Assembly (NCBI GenBank): GCA_000320545.1
Contig: ADNK01000506.1
Coordinates: 124,001-188,000 of the forward strand
Direction of reading: 5' to 3'
Origin: Bigelowiella natans CCMP2755
Lineage: Eukaryota > Protista > Cercozoa
Length of the DNA stretch: 64,000 bases
The notes under the pieces were generated by a model that did no database searches, was not told where the DNA came from, and saw nothing but the letters and a program-made list of their open reading frames with translations. This document shows positions 62,786 through 64,000 of the stretch, one piece after another (the stretch's first letter is position 1; every line of letters begins with the position of its first letter). Made by a program: the position numbers and the translations under genes.

Positions 62786-64000
62786 ATGGCATCATCATCA
62801 TCATCATCTTCGTCATCATCATCATCATCATCCGTCCCCGCCGGGGACATATCTGCGGGAGTGCTCAGCAGGGGAGTCGGAGTTTCGGCAGGTTCGTCAC
62901 TGACTTCAACTAGTGCTGCACCTGCGGGATCCCACTGCCTCTCCTCTTCCTCCTCCCACGCCCCTTCCACCCAAAAGAAAAGACCGGCAGCAACACAGTG
63001 GGGTTCACCTTCAGCTACTCCCTCTAAGGGCCTTGATCCAAAGGTGTTGCGCATGTTGGCAGTGGGAATGCTTCCTGCATCTGTTCGATTCCTCACAACA
63101 GATACCTCTTCTACCACCAGTAGCAAGACTAGTCGTGGTGAAATGAACTCGAGTGGGTCCCCCATAATTGAAATCAGCAGCGAAGATGTTGTCCGGGAGC
63201 TTGAGAGGAATGGAAGCCATTACTTCAGTGGGGGGGATATTCCTGTGTTTTTGGTCGACAATAGCGTTGCACGGTCATCTCTGCCGTCATCGTATCAATC
63301 TCGAAGTTCCTCCTCTACTAACGACCTTGGCAGGAAGGCATGGATAAAGGAGAAGGTGCGCCATTGCGTCCTGGTGAGCAAGCGCCACATTCTCAAGTTT
63401 GAGAATTGGCGGCTCACACAGCAGATTATGCTAGAGGACATTGAATCCGTCGAACATGAGGGGAGGAGTACATTCCACAGCCTGGAAAAGGTGAAGCTTG
63501 GCCACTTTGATGGGCGCCAAGAGCTTCTGCACCTGCAAGATTCAGCTGCGGTGCAATTCTTCGTTTCATTTCTGGGTAGAGTAGCCCATCTCAACGAACG
63601 CCGTGAGCTCAGGAATACACAGGAAATTCTCGCTGCCGCCTCCTCCTCCTCTTCCTCCTCTTCCTTCCAGAAAGCTGGCCCTGCGCATCATTCGAGTCAT
63701 CGAAGGGCGTTTTCAGCACTAGCGGGACACTCGTCGTCGTCATCGTCGTTGACTACGACGACGGGGGGCATGGACAGGCTCATGGTGGAGGATCCACAAT
63801 CGAACAAGCACCGCCGCGCCATGAAGCGGTTCCGTGTGCTCATCAGACGATCCGATCGATGGGAAAATGCAGCAGTAACGTTGGATGCCGATGAAATACG
63901 CATCGTAAAGTTGGTGCCGGCCAACCCGAACAGCACGAGAGAGCAGGTGGGGGGGGGGCGCAGTAAGGACAAGAATTCGGATGCGATGAGCTTAAACAGC
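62786..64000 (+). CDS. 5' part of a large ORF (Ser-rich N-terminus, possible PH-like domain) running off the window
   Basis: ATG at 62786 with no stop seen in frame to 64000 (MASSSS...KAWIKEKVRHCVLVSKRHILKFENW...). Absent from the ORF track because it has no stop codon. Confidence 0.65.
   Translation, partial: MASSSSSSSSSSSSSSVPAGDISAGVLSRGVGVSAGSSLTSTSAAPAGSHCLSSSSSHAPSTQKKRPAATQWGSPSATPSKGLDPKVLRMLAVGMLPASVRFLTTDTSSTTSSKTSRGEMNSSGSPIIEISSEDVVRELERNGSHYFSGGDIPVFLVDNSVARSSLPSSYQSRSSSSTNDLGRKAWIKEKVRHCVLVSKRHILKFENWRLTQQIMLEDIESVEHEGRSTFHSLEKVKLGHFDGRQELLHLQDSAAVQFFVSFLGRVAHLNERRELRNTQEILAAASSSSSSSSFQKAGPAHHSSHRRAFSALAGHSSSSSSLTTTTGGMDRLMVEDPQSNKHRRAMKRFRVLIRRSDRWENAAVTLDADEIRIVKLVPANPNSTREQVGGGRSKDKNSDAMSLNS

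Noticed and set aside
62701-63972. Minus-strand ORFs of 154, 99 and 91 aa
   Set aside because: Antisense to the longer continuous + ORF starting at 62786.

Overview
Eukaryotic nuclear DNA from a gene-dense protist with many short GT-AG introns rich in microsatellites. A chlorarachniophyte/rhizarian-type genome is plausible, but that is inference only. About 15 host genes are visible: RPB1 with a canonical YSPTSPS CTD, a GT92-like glycosyltransferase, a GH16 glucanase, an aldo-keto reductase, a SAM methyltransferase, an intronless signal-peptide-bearing PPP phosphatase, a PH/proline-rich protein, a PhyH dioxygenase, a DAP-decarboxylase-like enzyme, an NDP-glucose 4,6-dehydratase, an F-box-like protein and several unknowns. 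There are also two young, nearly identical full-length Ty3/gypsy-type LTR retrotransposons (25077-30791, frameshifted; 42295-48008, intact). Two signals stand out. (1) Some intergenic zones have TpA almost erased (zero TA in 744-1233), with survivors mostly in CTAG, while intronic (TA)n tracts are intact; this looks like a localized RIP-like TpA->TpG/CpA hypermutation process. (2) The retrotransposon inserts into these zones at YRYR 4-bp target duplications, has a shortened D,D(27)E integrase, and ends in a degenerate Dam-like adenine-methyltransferase domain where a chromodomain would usually sit. Multi-exon gene boundaries were read by eye and are approximate.
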